A stretch of 64,000 bases of DNA from Clostridiales bacterium (GCA_017513085.1 JAFWDK010000001.1:34991-98990), one strand, 5' to 3'; counted from the first letter of the stretch, positions 30,946 to 41,351 are shown. Numbers and translations are program-made. Notes: a model not told the origin generated them from the sequence alone.

Positions 30946-32008
30946 TGTCTTACTTACTGTTCTTCTTCTGACAGCCTGCGGTTCTTCCGACAAGCCGGCA
31001 GACGGCAGCCAGAACAGCGATACTGCCTGCTCAGTCCTGAACGTCTTCAACTGGGGCGAATACATCGGTGAAAACACGATCGCTGATTTCGAAGACAAGT
31101 TCGGTGTCCGTGTTAACTACGCCTTATTCGATTCCAACGAAATGATGTACACAAAGCTGATGGGCGGCGGTTCCTACGATATCCTGATCCCGTCTGACTA
31201 CATGATCGAACGTCTGATCGCGGAAGATCTGCTGCAGCCGATCGACAAGTCCATCATTACGAACTTCGATAACCTTTATCCGGGTGTCCTGAACAAGGAA
31301 TACGATATGGACAACACCTATTCCGTTCCTTACTTCTGGGGCAATATCGGTATCGTTTACGACACAACAGTCGTTGATCCCAAGGATGTTGAAAGCGAAG
31401 GCTGGGATGTTCTGCACAACACTAAATATGCCGGCCAGATCTACATGTACGATTCCGAAAGAGACTCCTTCATGGTTGCTTTAAAGGCTCTTGGCTATTC
31501 CGCCAACACAACCGATCCGGCTCAGCTTGAAGAAGCTTACCAGTGGCTCTCCAACATCTCCCAGACAATGGATCCGGCTTACGCTACCGATGAAGCGATC
31601 GACGGTCTGACATACGGCGAAAAGGCAATGGGCGTTATGTACTCCGGCGATGCTGCCTACATCCTCTCTGAAAACGAGGATATGGCTTACTTCGTACCGG
31701 AATCCGGCACCAACATCTGGAACGACGCAATGGTCATCCCGAAGAACGCCAAGTGTCCGGAACTCGCCAACGAATTCATCAACTTCATGCTGGAATATGA
31801 TGTCGCTTACGACAACAGCTCCACCGTTGGCTATTCTTCCAACAACGCTCAGGTCATCGAAGATATGATGGCTGCCGGCGGCGAATTCGAAGGCAACAAC
31901 GCTTACTTGCCGCGTACAGGCAACCCGAACGACGAGATCTACTACGCTCTGGACGACGCGACCCGTACACTGATCTCTGAGTACTGGGTCAAAGTCAAGA
32001 ACCAGTAG
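30929..32008 (+). CDS. potD: Polyamine-binding lipoprotein
   Basis: Lipobox LTACG; FNWGEYI, FDSNE, PSDYMI, YSGDA. Confidence 0.92.
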   Translation: MKKLLSVLLTVLLLTACGSSDKPADGSQNSDTACSVLNVFNWGEYIGENTIADFEDKFGVRVNYALFDSNEMMYTKLMGGGSYDILIPSDYMIERLIAEDLLQPIDKSIITNFDNLYPGVLNKEYDMDNTYSVPYFWGNIGIVYDTTVVDPKDVESEGWDVLHNTKYAGQIYMYDSERDSFMVALKALGYSANTTDPAQLEEAYQWLSNISQTMDPAYATDEAIDGLTYGEKAMGVMYSGDAAYILSENEDMAYFVPESGTNIWNDAMVIPKNAKCPELANEFINFMLEYDVAYDNSSTVGYSSNNAQVIEDMMAAGGEFEGNNAYLPRTGNPNDEIYYALDDATRTLISEYWVKVKNQ

Positions 32009-32103
32009 TCATAGATACAAATAAAGTGAAACCCCTGCATCCGCGGGAAAAGGTAACGCGGACCGCTGTGCGAATCACACTTTCAAGAAACCAAAAATAG
32101 ATG

Positions 32104-32389
32104 AAAAGGGGCTGTTACGAAACGAGTTTTCTAACAGCCCTTTTAAATACCTGATTTTATTGAATGTGGTAATAATTTTGATTACTGATAACGCATGATT
32201 ATTCAACCCCTCCTATGCATATAGAAGAGGAGCCGATACTGATGATACGATATAGATGATCGGAACAGATGGTTCTGATTCAAAAACGCCGGAGGGTTGG
32301 ATATCCCGGGGCGTTTTTTTAAGTTTCTATACGTAAAAAGAGGCCGGTTACGATCTGACTGCATTTGCTATTTCGTAACAGCCCCTTTT
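32104..32389. repeat. Perfect 19-bp inverted repeat pair; each copy is also one arm of a local REP-like hairpin
   Basis: AAAAGGGGCTGTTACGAAA at 32104-32122 and TTTCGTAACAGCCCCTTTT at 32371-32389. Confidence 0.75.
32282..32320. terminator. Intrinsic terminator-like hairpin inside the inverted-repeat-bounded segment
   Basis: aaaaacgcc...ggcgttttttt. Confidence 0.6.
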
Positions 32390-32710
32390 TTGCTCTTTCT
32401 ACTCGAAGAAACGGGAAGTGTACGGTTGACAGATCGCTGTTCCCGCATACACGTTAAGGTAATGATAGTACGCAGGTCATGTGTTACGGTCAAAATGATG
32501 ATTCATCAAGTGAAAAAGATCGGAATTCGCCGTTTTTGAATGCAGTATTTGGTAATATGGTTTTAGACCAAGGCAAAAGAATCAGCAGGTAATTCGCGGT
32601 AATAAATCATTGGATTTAACCTGGTAATTATAATGGCGCAGGTCATCGTTGTTTGCTTAAGCTTTACAGCGGAATGACCGATGCCATATGTGCTGCTTGA
32701 GAGGTTTATT

Positions 32711-33712
32711 ATGAGTTCGTTCAAAGAAATGCTGAAAAAGATCTATCCGTCGCCCGCCAGTTCATTCAACAGAGAAATCGGAAACCTTAAGAAAAGAATA
32801 AAATCACTTGAGGACAGCAACAGAGATCTGGAAAAGAGGATCGAACACCTGATGTACAATCAGCTCGATCCCGCTCTTTATCCGCACGCGATCAAACAGT
32901 GGTATCAGGACGTTACGGGAAACGTTCTTGATCTCAGTTCGCCCAGGACTTATAACGAAAAGATCCAATGGCTTAAGGCTTATGATCACGACCCCAGAAA
33001 AACATTGCTGGCGGATAAATATCTGGTCAGGGACTGGGTCAGGGATAAGATCGGCGAAGAATATCTTATACCTTTGCTGGGTGTGTATAGAAATGCAAAT
33101 GAGATCGATTTCGATTCCCTTCCGGATAAATTCGTACTAAAAGGGAATCACGGCTCCTCAATGAACTATATCGTTACAAACAAGAAAAAAGAGAACTTTG
33201 AGGAAATCAGAAACATAGCCAACGGCTGGCTGAGACAGAACTATGCGTTCAGTTTCGGTTATGAGATGCACTATAACGATATTCCCAGAAGACTGATCGC
33301 CGAGCAATACATAGGAAGTGAGGGCGTTGACCTGCCGGATTATAAGTTTTGGTGCTTTGGCGGGAAATGCAGATTTATCGGTGTTCATAAATATCGCTAT
33401 ACAGACCCGCACATGGTTATGTTCAGCCCTGAGTGGGAGAAACTTCCTTTTTCTACCGGAGCTTCTGCGCCGCTTGAGGAAGATGTCGAAAGACCATCAG
33501 TACTTCCGGAGATGTTGAGAATCGCCGAAAAACTATCTGAGGGCTTTGCTCATGTCAGGGTTGACCTGTATCTGCTGAACGATCATGATATTAAATTCGG
33601 AGAGATGACATTCACTCCTTCTTCAGGCGTGTGCAGATGGACACCTCCCGAAGCGGATCTTATGGTCGGCGAAATGCTGGAATTGCCGGACAAAACAAAT
33701 GTAAAGGACTAA
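32711..33712 (+). CDS. TupA-like ATP-grasp amidoligase (polysaccharide modification)
   Basis: TYNEKIQWLK, LADKYLVR, FVLKGNHGS, DYKFWCF, HVRVDLY, FGEMTFTP. Confidence 0.88.
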   Translation: MSSFKEMLKKIYPSPASSFNREIGNLKKRIKSLEDSNRDLEKRIEHLMYNQLDPALYPHAIKQWYQDVTGNVLDLSSPRTYNEKIQWLKAYDHDPRKTLLADKYLVRDWVRDKIGEEYLIPLLGVYRNANEIDFDSLPDKFVLKGNHGSSMNYIVTNKKKENFEEIRNIANGWLRQNYAFSFGYEMHYNDIPRRLIAEQYIGSEGVDLPDYKFWCFGGKCRFIGVHKYRYTDPHMVMFSPEWEKLPFSTGASAPLEEDVERPSVLPEMLRIAEKLSEGFAHVRVDLYLLNDHDIKFGEMTFTPSSGVCRWTPPEADLMVGEMLELPDKTNVKD

Positions 33713-33827
33713 AGGTCCGCATTCCTTATGTGCTTGTTTGAGGAGTCAGCGCTTTGTTATTCGGCAAATCGTCCGATGTCCTGAATGCGTTTAGAGAAGA
33801 ACAGACAGAGCTATGCGTTTATAGAGT

Positions 33828-34892
33828 ATGACAATGAAAGAAAAGGTGAAGATCTCAGTAGTGATACCGGTGCATAATACCGGAGAATACCTGGACAGAT
33901 GTTTAAACAGTGTCTGCGGGCAAACGCTATCTGAAATAGAAATAATCTGTATTGATGACGGATCGGAAGATGATTCTGCATCAATACTCAAGAAATATGC
34001 GGAAACGGACGAAAGAGTCATCGTTTTTTCGCAAGCCAGACTCGGGGTATCGTCAGCACGAAACAGAGGAATAAATGAATCGCACGCGGAGTATATATTC
34101 TTTGTGGACAGCGATGACTATCTGGCGGAAGATGCTCTTGAAAAAGTGTATTCCGTGATGTCTGCCAGCGACCTAGACATCGTGATCTTTCAATCAATGG
34201 CTTTCACGGACAACAGCGAGTATAAACGCAGAGCTGAGAATATAACGAAATATCTTTCCTTTAAAGAGGATTATCCCGGCGTATATACAGGCAAAGATCT
34301 TCTGGTAAAGTTCTATGATAATTCCAATTACATCGTTAATGTCTGGAATAAATGCTACAGGTCATCACTGATCAAAGACAACAACATCGGTTTTATTGAG
34401 GGGATCATTCACGAAGATGTCAGTTTCTCCTTTGAATGTATGGTCATGGCCAGCAGAGTCATGTGCATCAACGATGTTCTTTATTTCTACAGGCAGAGAG
34501 ATGAATCGATCACCACAACCAAAACATCCTTTGAAAATGTATACGGCAGATATATTTGCGCAAAAAGGATATACAGCAGACTTAAGGAAATGGATGATGC
34601 TGCGTTTGTTGAAAAGCAGATGAAATATATGGAATCCCGTTTATTGAAAAATGCCAGATTACTGTATACAGAACTGGAAGAAGGTGAAAAAGAAAAAACG
34701 AAACTCCTTCCGATCGCCGAGAGAGTTGATTTTAGCAATCTGATCGCAGACTCGGGGACATATATTAAAAAGAATATCGATCAGGAAAGAAAGATCAGAA
34801 AGTTGTCCACAGAGCTGGAAAAGATCAAGGGCAGCAGATTATACAGGATATTAGTGGTGATAAGAAAAGCGTTTCATCTATTCAAAAAATAA
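33828..34892 (+). CDS. GT2 glycosyltransferase
   Basis: ISVVIPVHN, IDDGSED, FVDSDD, HED. Confidence 0.9.
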   Translation: MTMKEKVKISVVIPVHNTGEYLDRCLNSVCGQTLSEIEIICIDDGSEDDSASILKKYAETDERVIVFSQARLGVSSARNRGINESHAEYIFFVDSDDYLAEDALEKVYSVMSASDLDIVIFQSMAFTDNSEYKRRAENITKYLSFKEDYPGVYTGKDLLVKFYDNSNYIVNVWNKCYRSSLIKDNNIGFIEGIIHEDVSFSFECMVMASRVMCINDVLYFYRQRDESITTTKTSFENVYGRYICAKRIYSRLKEMDDAAFVEKQMKYMESRLLKNARLLYTELEEGEKEKTKLLPIAERVDFSNLIADSGTYIKKNIDQERKIRKLSTELEKIKGSRLYRILVVIRKAFHLFKK

Positions 34893-35052
34893 AAGCATAT
34901 TTGAACATAAATCAGTCGATAATTGATTCTTATGATTCGTCGCAGGATCCCCGCGAGAGATAACCTGACTGCGGATAAAAACCATTAAAACCAATCATAG
35001 ATCATACAGGCTATGATCCATATCAGTGCTGCAGTATGGTTTTTTATAAGCA

Positions 35053-35094
35053 TTGACAATAGACGGGATAGCCTTTAAAATGTAGCATGCTACA
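35053..35094 (+). promoter_or_regulatory. Sigma-A promoter with MarR operator palindrome
   Basis: TTGACA(35053)-17 bp-TAAAAT(35076); perfect palindrome TGTAGCATGCTACA at 35081-35094. Confidence 0.8.
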
Positions 35095-35109
35095 GAAAAG
35101 AGGAGAACG

Positions 35110-35556
35110 ATGAAGAATCAGGATATCGGATACCTAATAAAGAAGATCAGCGTCCACCAGAAATCGGGAATGGACGCTTCTTTAAGTTCGTATAATCTGA
35201 CTTCCTCTCAGCTGCACGTTCTGTTTCTGCTCGACCGTCATGGCGGTGAGATGACGCAGAGAACGCTGGAGGAAGCCCTGGGCGTTTCCCATCCGACCGT
35301 GGTCGGACTGGTGAGCCGTCTGGAAAAGCAGGGTTTCATCACGACGGAGATCGATCCGGATGACCGTCGTCATAAGAAGATCCTGCCGACAGAGAAGGCT
35401 CTGAACCTCAAAGAGGAACTCGGCCGGGCGAGAAGGGAAAACGAACGGAAAATGACAAGCGGTTTCAGCGAGAAAGAACTGAAACAGCTCAATGAATACC
35501 TGCAGCGCATTTATGCGAATATCAGTGACGGAAGGAAGGAGGAATGTAAATGCTGA
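35110..35556 (+). CDS. MarR-family regulator
   Basis: LTSSQLHVL, PTVVGLVSRLEKQGFI, DDRR. Confidence 0.92.
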   Translation: MKNQDIGYLIKKISVHQKSGMDASLSSYNLTSSQLHVLFLLDRHGGEMTQRTLEEALGVSHPTVVGLVSRLEKQGFITTEIDPDDRRHKKILPTEKALNLKEELGRARRENERKMTSGFSEKELKQLNEYLQRIYANISDGRKEECKC

Positions 35557-37292
35557 AGACTTTAGGCAAACAGATCAAGCAGTTCAAACTTGCTTCGATC
35601 CTGACGCCGTTCTTCATGTTTATGGAAGTACTGACGGAAACGATCATCCCGCTATTGATGGCATCGATGATCGACAACGGTGTCAATAAAGGGGATATGG
35701 GACATATCCGCTATATCGCATTATTAATGCTGGGGATGGCGCTTTTGGCGCTCTTCAGCGGCTATATGGGCAACCGCCTTGGTGCTTACGCCGGCTGCGG
35801 TTTTGCGCACAACCTCAGAGAAACGATGTATGAGAAGATCCAGACATACTCCTTCAGCAACATCGACAAATTCTCGACCGCAGGTCTCGTCACCCGTTTG
35901 ACGACGGACGTGTCGAATGTCCAGATGGCCTATTCCATGGGTCTGCGGATGGCGGTCCGTGCCCCCAGCAACCTGATCGTTGCGATGGCAATGGCCTTCC
36001 TGATCTCTCCGAAGATCGCGCTCATCTATGTCGGCGCGGCCGTCATCCTGATGATCGCGATCATCATCCTCATGCCGATCACCGCCAAGAGCTTCCGCGC
36101 GGTCTTCACCAAATACGATGACCTGAATGAATCCGTTCAGGAAAATGTCTCCGCGATCCGCGTCGTTAAAGCCTATGTCCGTGAGGATTATGAGCAGGAG
36201 AAATTCAATACTGCTGCCCGAAATATTTACCGCCTGTTCGTCAAGGCGGAGAAACTGACGGCGATCTTCAGCCCGTTCATGTCCCTGGTCGTCTACGGTT
36301 CGATCCTGCTCGTCTCCTGGAGAGGCGCGCATCTGATCGTCGGCGGTGAGCTGACGACCGGTAACCTGACTTCGCTTCTGACCTACTGCATGCAGATCCT
36401 GATGAGTATGATGATGCTCGGCATGATGTTTGTCATGATCACAATGTCCGCTGCCAGCGCCAAACGTATCGCGGAAGTCATTGAGGAAGAAAGCGATCTG
36501 AAAGAACCGGAAGATCCGATCTATGAAGTACCGGATGGTTCGATCGTCTTCGACCATGTGGATTTCGCGTATAAGAAGGATGATAACCTGATCCTTTCTG
36601 ATCTGAATCTGGAGATCGGATCCGGTGAAACGATCGGCCTTGTCGGCGCGACCGGTTCCGGAAAATCCTCCTTTGTCTCCCTGATCCCCCGTCTGTATGA
36701 TACCGTCCGCGGTGAAGTACGGGTCGGCGGTCATAACGTTAAAGAGTATGATCTCGATACTTTGCACAATGCTGTCGCAATGGTCCTGCAGAAGAATGAG
36801 CTCTTTTCCGGCACGATCTACGAGAACCTGCGCTGGGGAAATGAGAACGCGACCGATGAAGAATGTCAGAAAGCGGCGGCGATCGCCCAGGCAGCGGAAT
36901 TTATCGAACGCTTCCCGGACGGCTACAATACCCACATCGAACAGGGCGGAACCAACGTCTCAGGCGGTCAGAAACAGCGTCTGTGCATTGCCCGTGCCTT
37001 ACTGAAGAATCCGCGTATCCTGATCCTGGATGACTCGACTTCCGCGGTCGATACGGCAACGGAAGCGAAAATGCGGAAAGCCTTCCGCGAGGATATCCCG
37101 CACATCACCAAGATCATCATTGCCCAGCGTATCTCCTCCGTCCAGGATGCCGATAAGATCATCGTCATCGACGACGGAAAGATCAGCGCTTTCGGTACAC
37201 ACGAAGAATTATTAAAGAATTCTCCGATCTATGCCTCGATCTACGAATCCCAGACCGGCGGCAACGGAGACTTCGACGAAGGAGGTGAATAA
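35550..37292 (+). CDS. Heterodimeric multidrug ABC exporter subunit (degenerate site)
   Basis: TMD plus GATGSGKS, VSGGQKQR, LDDSTSA, IIAQR. Confidence 0.92.
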   Translation: MLKTLGKQIKQFKLASILTPFFMFMEVLTETIIPLLMASMIDNGVNKGDMGHIRYIALLMLGMALLALFSGYMGNRLGAYAGCGFAHNLRETMYEKIQTYSFSNIDKFSTAGLVTRLTTDVSNVQMAYSMGLRMAVRAPSNLIVAMAMAFLISPKIALIYVGAAVILMIAIIILMPITAKSFRAVFTKYDDLNESVQENVSAIRVVKAYVREDYEQEKFNTAARNIYRLFVKAEKLTAIFSPFMSLVVYGSILLVSWRGAHLIVGGELTTGNLTSLLTYCMQILMSMMMLGMMFVMITMSAASAKRIAEVIEEESDLKEPEDPIYEVPDGSIVFDHVDFAYKKDDNLILSDLNLEIGSGETIGLVGATGSGKSSFVSLIPRLYDTVRGEVRVGGHNVKEYDLDTLHNAVAMVLQKNELFSGTIYENLRWGNENATDEECQKAAAIAQAAEFIERFPDGYNTHIEQGGTNVSGGQKQRLCIARALLKNPRILILDDSTSAVDTATEAKMRKAFREDIPHITKIIIAQRISSVQDADKIIVIDDGKISAFGTHEELLKNSPIYASIYESQTGGNGDFDEGGE

Positions 37293-37293
37293 G

Positions 37294-39204
37294 ATGCCGC
37301 CAAGAAGACAGATACAGAAAGTCAAAGTCGAACATCCCTGGAAGCTTCTGGGAAGAGTCCTGAGCTTTGTCTTAAAACGCTACTGGCTCCATTACCTGCT
37401 CGTTCTGATCGCGATCGTTGTCAGCGTCTATGCTTCGGTACAGGGCACCATGTTCACCAAGACCCTGATCGATGTCTATATCACGCCGTTATTGGCAGCG
37501 CCGGAGAAGGATTTCGCGCCGCTGTTAGGCGGGATCAAGCGAGTCGCCATGTTCTACGGGATCGGTGTTATTGCCGCTTATCTGCAGCAGCGCCTGATGA
37601 TCTATATCTCCCAGGGCACACTGCGCGATATGCGTATCGACCTGTTTGACAAAATGGAGACGCTGCCGATCTCTTATTTCGACTCCCATTCCCACGGTGA
37701 GATCATGTCCGTCTATACCAACGACATTGATACCCTGCGCCAGCTTGTATCCCAGTCGATCCCATCCCTGTTCCAGGGCGTGATCCAGGTCGTCATGGTA
37801 TTCGCCAATATGATCGCTCTGTCCCCATATCTGACCGTTCTCTCGGTCGTGATGATCGCCGTCATCTTCTTCGTCAGCTCCAAGGTATCCGGTGCTGCCG
37901 GACGCTTCTTCGGCTCCCAGCAGCGTGATGTCGCGAAACTGGACGGCTATGTCGAAGAGATGATCAACGGTCAGAAAGTCGTCAAGACCTTCGCTCATGA
38001 GGAAAAAGCGATCGAAGGCTTCAAGCAGATCAATGACCAGCTCTTTGATTCCGCCTACAATGCCAATAAATTCGCCAATATCCTCGGCCCGATCAATGCC
38101 CAGTTAGGAAACGTGTCCTACGTCTTATGCGCGACAGTCGGCGGATATCTCGCGATCAACGGCATCGGCGGTTTCACCTTGGGTTCGCTGGCTTCCTATC
38201 TGACTTTGAACCGGAACTTCATGATGCCGATCAACCAGATGACATCCCAGATCAACTCCGTTTTGCTCGGTCTTGCAGGCGCGCAGCGCATCTTTGCGAT
38301 CGTCGACCAGGAACCGGAAGCGGATGAGGGGTATGTCACACTCGTCAACGCGAAGATCAACGAAGACGGCAGCATCGAGGAAAGCGAAGAACGCACCGGC
38401 CGCTGGGCCTGGAAATATCCGCATAAGACCAGCGGTGTCACTGAATACGTTGAACTGAAAGGCGATGTCGTCTTTGATGATGTCGACTTCAGCTATCGTC
38501 CGGGACATCAGGTCCTCTACAATGTTGACCTCTACGCCACACCTGGCCAGAAGATCGCTTTCGTCGGTTCCACCGGCGCCGGCAAGACGACGATCACCAA
38601 CCTGATCAACCGTTTTTACGATATTCAGGACGGCAAGATCCGCTACGACGGCATCAACATCAACAAGATCAAAAAGAATGACCTGCGTCATTCCTTAGGT
38701 ATCGTTCTGCAGGATACCCATCTCTTTACAACGACAGTCAAGGAGAATATCCGCTACGGCAAGCTCGACGCGACCGATGAAGAAGTCATCGCTGCCGCTA
38801 AGCTCGCCAATGCGCATGAATTCATCACCCATCTGCCGCAGGGCTACGATACGATGCTGGAAGGGGACGGCCAGAATCTTTCCCAGGGACAGCGTCAGCT
38901 GATCGCCATCGCGAGAGCTGCGATCGCCGATCCGCCGGTACTGATCCTGGATGAAGCGACATCCTCGATCGATACCCGTACGGAAGCACTGGTCCAGGAA
39001 GGTATGGACAAGCTGATGGCCGGAAGAACGACTTTCGTCATTGCGCACCGTCTTTCCACCGTCCGCAACGCCGACTGCATCATGGTCCTGGAAAAAGGCC
39101 ATATCATCGAGCGTGGTTCCCATGAGGATCTGATCGCCAAGGAAGGCAGATACTATCAGCTTTACACCGGCAACCAGGCAAAGACAGAGACTGTCGCCGC
39201 CTGA
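37294..39204 (+). CDS. Heterodimeric multidrug ABC exporter subunit (consensus site)
   Basis: TMD plus GSTGAGKT, LSQGQRQL, LDEATS, IAHRL; RBS ggaggtg. Confidence 0.92.
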   Translation: MPPRRQIQKVKVEHPWKLLGRVLSFVLKRYWLHYLLVLIAIVVSVYASVQGTMFTKTLIDVYITPLLAAPEKDFAPLLGGIKRVAMFYGIGVIAAYLQQRLMIYISQGTLRDMRIDLFDKMETLPISYFDSHSHGEIMSVYTNDIDTLRQLVSQSIPSLFQGVIQVVMVFANMIALSPYLTVLSVVMIAVIFFVSSKVSGAAGRFFGSQQRDVAKLDGYVEEMINGQKVVKTFAHEEKAIEGFKQINDQLFDSAYNANKFANILGPINAQLGNVSYVLCATVGGYLAINGIGGFTLGSLASYLTLNRNFMMPINQMTSQINSVLLGLAGAQRIFAIVDQEPEADEGYVTLVNAKINEDGSIEESEERTGRWAWKYPHKTSGVTEYVELKGDVVFDDVDFSYRPGHQVLYNVDLYATPGQKIAFVGSTGAGKTTITNLINRFYDIQDGKIRYDGININKIKKNDLRHSLGIVLQDTHLFTTTVKENIRYGKLDATDEEVIAAAKLANAHEFITHLPQGYDTMLEGDGQNLSQGQRQLIAIARAAIADPPVLILDEATSSIDTRTEALVQEGMDKLMAGRTTFVIAHRLSTVRNADCIMVLEKGHIIERGSHEDLIAKEGRYYQLYTGNQAKTETVAA

Positions 39205-39213
39205 AGCACATAT

Positions 39214-39248
39214 AAAAATGACTCTTTCATTTGAAAGAGTCATTTTTT
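39214..39248. terminator. Bidirectional terminator
   Basis: aaaatgactctttc-attt-gaaagagtcatttt. Confidence 0.8.
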
Positions 39249-39258
39249 ATATACAAGT

Positions 39259-39696
39259 TCATTTATGACAGTTGTCATAGAGCTTCTGTATCTCTTCCGG
39301 CAGATGATCGGGCAGCAGGGCGAGGATGGGTTCCTCGCTTCCGTTCTTCAATGCCTGCTCATAATACCAGCATTTATACTTCAGCATGTCCATCGTCTTA
39401 TTCAGCTGCGCGAGTTCCTCTTCCAGCGCGGCTTTCCGGTTCGCGAAAAGCTGACGACGTTTCTCGAAGGTCGAGGGACCTTCGCTGCACCACTGCATGA
39501 ACTGCTTGATCTCACGGATCTCAAGGCCGGAGGCTTTCAGGCATTCGATGACGCGCAGCGCGTCGACTTCCTTTTCCGAGAACTGACGGATCCCGGACTT
39601 TCTTTCCATATCCGGGAAAAGACCTTCCTTGTCATAATAGCGGAGCGTTGAGACCGGAAGCGAGAACATTTCTGAGACCTGACCGATGGTATACAT
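39259..39696 (-). CDS. MerR-family regulator (AdhR-like)
   Basis: YTIGQVS...STLRYYDKEGL. Confidence 0.92.
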   Translation of the reverse strand: MYTIGQVSEMFSLPVSTLRYYDKEGLFPDMERKSGIRQFSEKEVDALRVIECLKASGLEIREIKQFMQWCSEGPSTFEKRRQLFANRKAALEEELAQLNKTMDMLKYKCWYYEQALKNGSEEPILALLPDHLPEEIQKLYDNCHK

Positions 39697-39727
39697 AAGG
39701 ATCCCTCCTGTTTTTCTTTTAAATAGC

Positions 39728-39758
39728 TTGACCTGAAGTCAGCTTTAGGTTCTAAAGT
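39728..39758 (+). promoter_or_regulatory. MerR-type promoter with 19-bp spacer and dyad operator
   Basis: TTGACC(39728)-19 bp-TAAAGT(39753); ACCTGAAG-TCAG-CTTTAGGT dyad at 39731-39750. Confidence 0.8.
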
Positions 39759-39810
39759 ATTATAGAACACAGGAAAGGGAATGACAAGTCATCCTGTGCA
39801 GGAGGAGAAT

Positions 39811-40812
39811 ATGATCAGAAAAGAGGAACTCGTTTTAACAGAAGAATGGGATAAGACATTTACGAAGAGCGATAAAGTCGATCACTGCAAAGTCACCTTT
39901 ATAAACCGCTACGGGATCACCCTGGCAGGTGATCTTTACACCCCGAAGAACGTGGAAGGAAAGCTTCCGGCGATCGCGGTATGCGGTCCTTTCGGCGCCG
40001 TCAAGGAACAGTGCTCGGGACTGTATGCCCAGACGATGGCGGAAAGAGGCTATCTGACCCTTGCCTTTGACCCGTCCTTTACCGGCGAAAGCGGAGGCAC
40101 GCCGCGCTATATGGCTTCCCCGGATATCAATACCGAGGATTTCATGGCTGCCGTCGATTTCCTTTCCTTATATGAGAAAGCCGATCCGGCAAGGATCGGC
40201 ATCATCGGTATCTGCGGCTGGGGCGGTATGGCGATCAATACCGCGGCGCTGGATACCCGTATCAAAGCGACCGCTTCCATGACCATGTACGATATGACGA
40301 GAGTCAATGCGAAAGGCTATTTCGATTCCGCGGATTCCGAGGAAGCGCGCTACAACGCCAAAGCGGCGATGTGTGCCCAGCGTCTCGAGGATCTGAAGAA
40401 TGGTGAATACAAGCTTGGCGGCGGTGTCGTTGATCCGCTTCCGGAAGACGCGCCGTTCTTCGTCAAGGATTACTATGATTACTATAAAACCGCAAGAGGG
40501 TATCATCCGCGTTCCCTGAATTCCAATGGCGGCTGGAACGTCATCGGCTGCGAGTCTTTCATCAACCAGCCGATCCTGAAATACTCCAACGAGATCCGCA
40601 GCGCGGTCCTGCTGGTCCATGGCGATAAGGCGCATTCCTGCTATTTCAGCCGTGATGCCTACGCCGATATGGTCCGCGACAGCAAGTACACTTCCAACAA
40701 GGAACTGATGATCATTCCGGGAGCCGTTCATACTGACCTTTATGACGGCGGGGATAAGGATTACATCCCCTTTGACAAGCTTGACAGCTTCTTCCGGGAA
40801 TATCTGAAATGA
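39811..40812 (+). CDS. Alpha/beta hydrolase (YcjY-like)
   Basis: GPFGAVKEQ, FDPSFTGESGG, GICGWGG, HTDLYD. Confidence 0.85.
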   Translation: MIRKEELVLTEEWDKTFTKSDKVDHCKVTFINRYGITLAGDLYTPKNVEGKLPAIAVCGPFGAVKEQCSGLYAQTMAERGYLTLAFDPSFTGESGGTPRYMASPDINTEDFMAAVDFLSLYEKADPARIGIIGICGWGGMAINTAALDTRIKATASMTMYDMTRVNAKGYFDSADSEEARYNAKAAMCAQRLEDLKNGEYKLGGGVVDPLPEDAPFFVKDYYDYYKTARGYHPRSLNSNGGWNVIGCESFINQPILKYSNEIRSAVLLVHGDKAHSCYFSRDAYADMVRDSKYTSNKELMIIPGAVHTDLYDGGDKDYIPFDKLDSFFREYLK

Positions 40813-41351
40813 GCAAGGTTCTGATCGTTACCGCCAGCCTTCGTCCCTCCAGCAATTCAGACATCCTGGCGGAAGAAGTCCGCAAAGGGGCTCTCGAAAG
40901 CGGACACGAAGCAGAGATCCTTTCCCTCAAAGGAAAACAGATCGCCTTCTGCAGAGGCTGTCTGGCCTGTCAGAAGACACAGAAATGCGTCATAAAGGAC
41001 GATGCCGCCGCGATCGCGGAGAAGGTCCGCCAGGCGGATACGCTGGTGTTCGCCACACCGATCTATTACTATGAACTGAGCGGCCAGCTGAAAACACTGC
41101 TGGACCGCTGCAATCCGCTCTATACCATGGATTATCGTTTCCGTAACGTCTATCTGCTCTGCACGGCAGCTGAAGACGAAGACTCCGTACCGGAAAAGGC
41201 CGTCGCCGGCCTGCAGGGCTGGACCGACTGTTTTGAAAAAGCAGTCTATTCGGGAACCTTCTTCGGCGGGGGCGTCAACGACCCCGGAGAAGCTGGTAAA
41301 AAAGCGGAGCTTCTGGAGAAAGCCCGCGAATTCGGCAGGAAGCTGCTTTAA
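40809..41351 (+). CDS. Flavodoxin-like iron-sulfur flavoprotein
   Basis: CRGCLACQKTQKC, FATPIYYY. Confidence 0.85.
   Translation: MSKVLIVTASLRPSSNSDILAEEVRKGALESGHEAEILSLKGKQIAFCRGCLACQKTQKCVIKDDAAAIAEKVRQADTLVFATPIYYYELSGQLKTLLDRCNPLYTMDYRFRNVYLLCTAAEDEDSVPEKAVAGLQGWTDCFEKAVYSGTFFGGGVNDPGEAGKKAELLEKAREFGRKLL

Noticed and set aside
32297-32539. 80-aa ORF in the potD-TupA spacer
   Set aside because: It starts inside a terminator hairpin, crosses the inverted repeat and has no recognisable motif.
35724-36935. 403-aa antisense ORF, and similar ones at 28389-29351, 16543-17334, 62492-63373 and 10176-10961
   Set aside because: They lie opposite well-supported genes, lack motifs, and are explained by codon bias that removes antisense stops.
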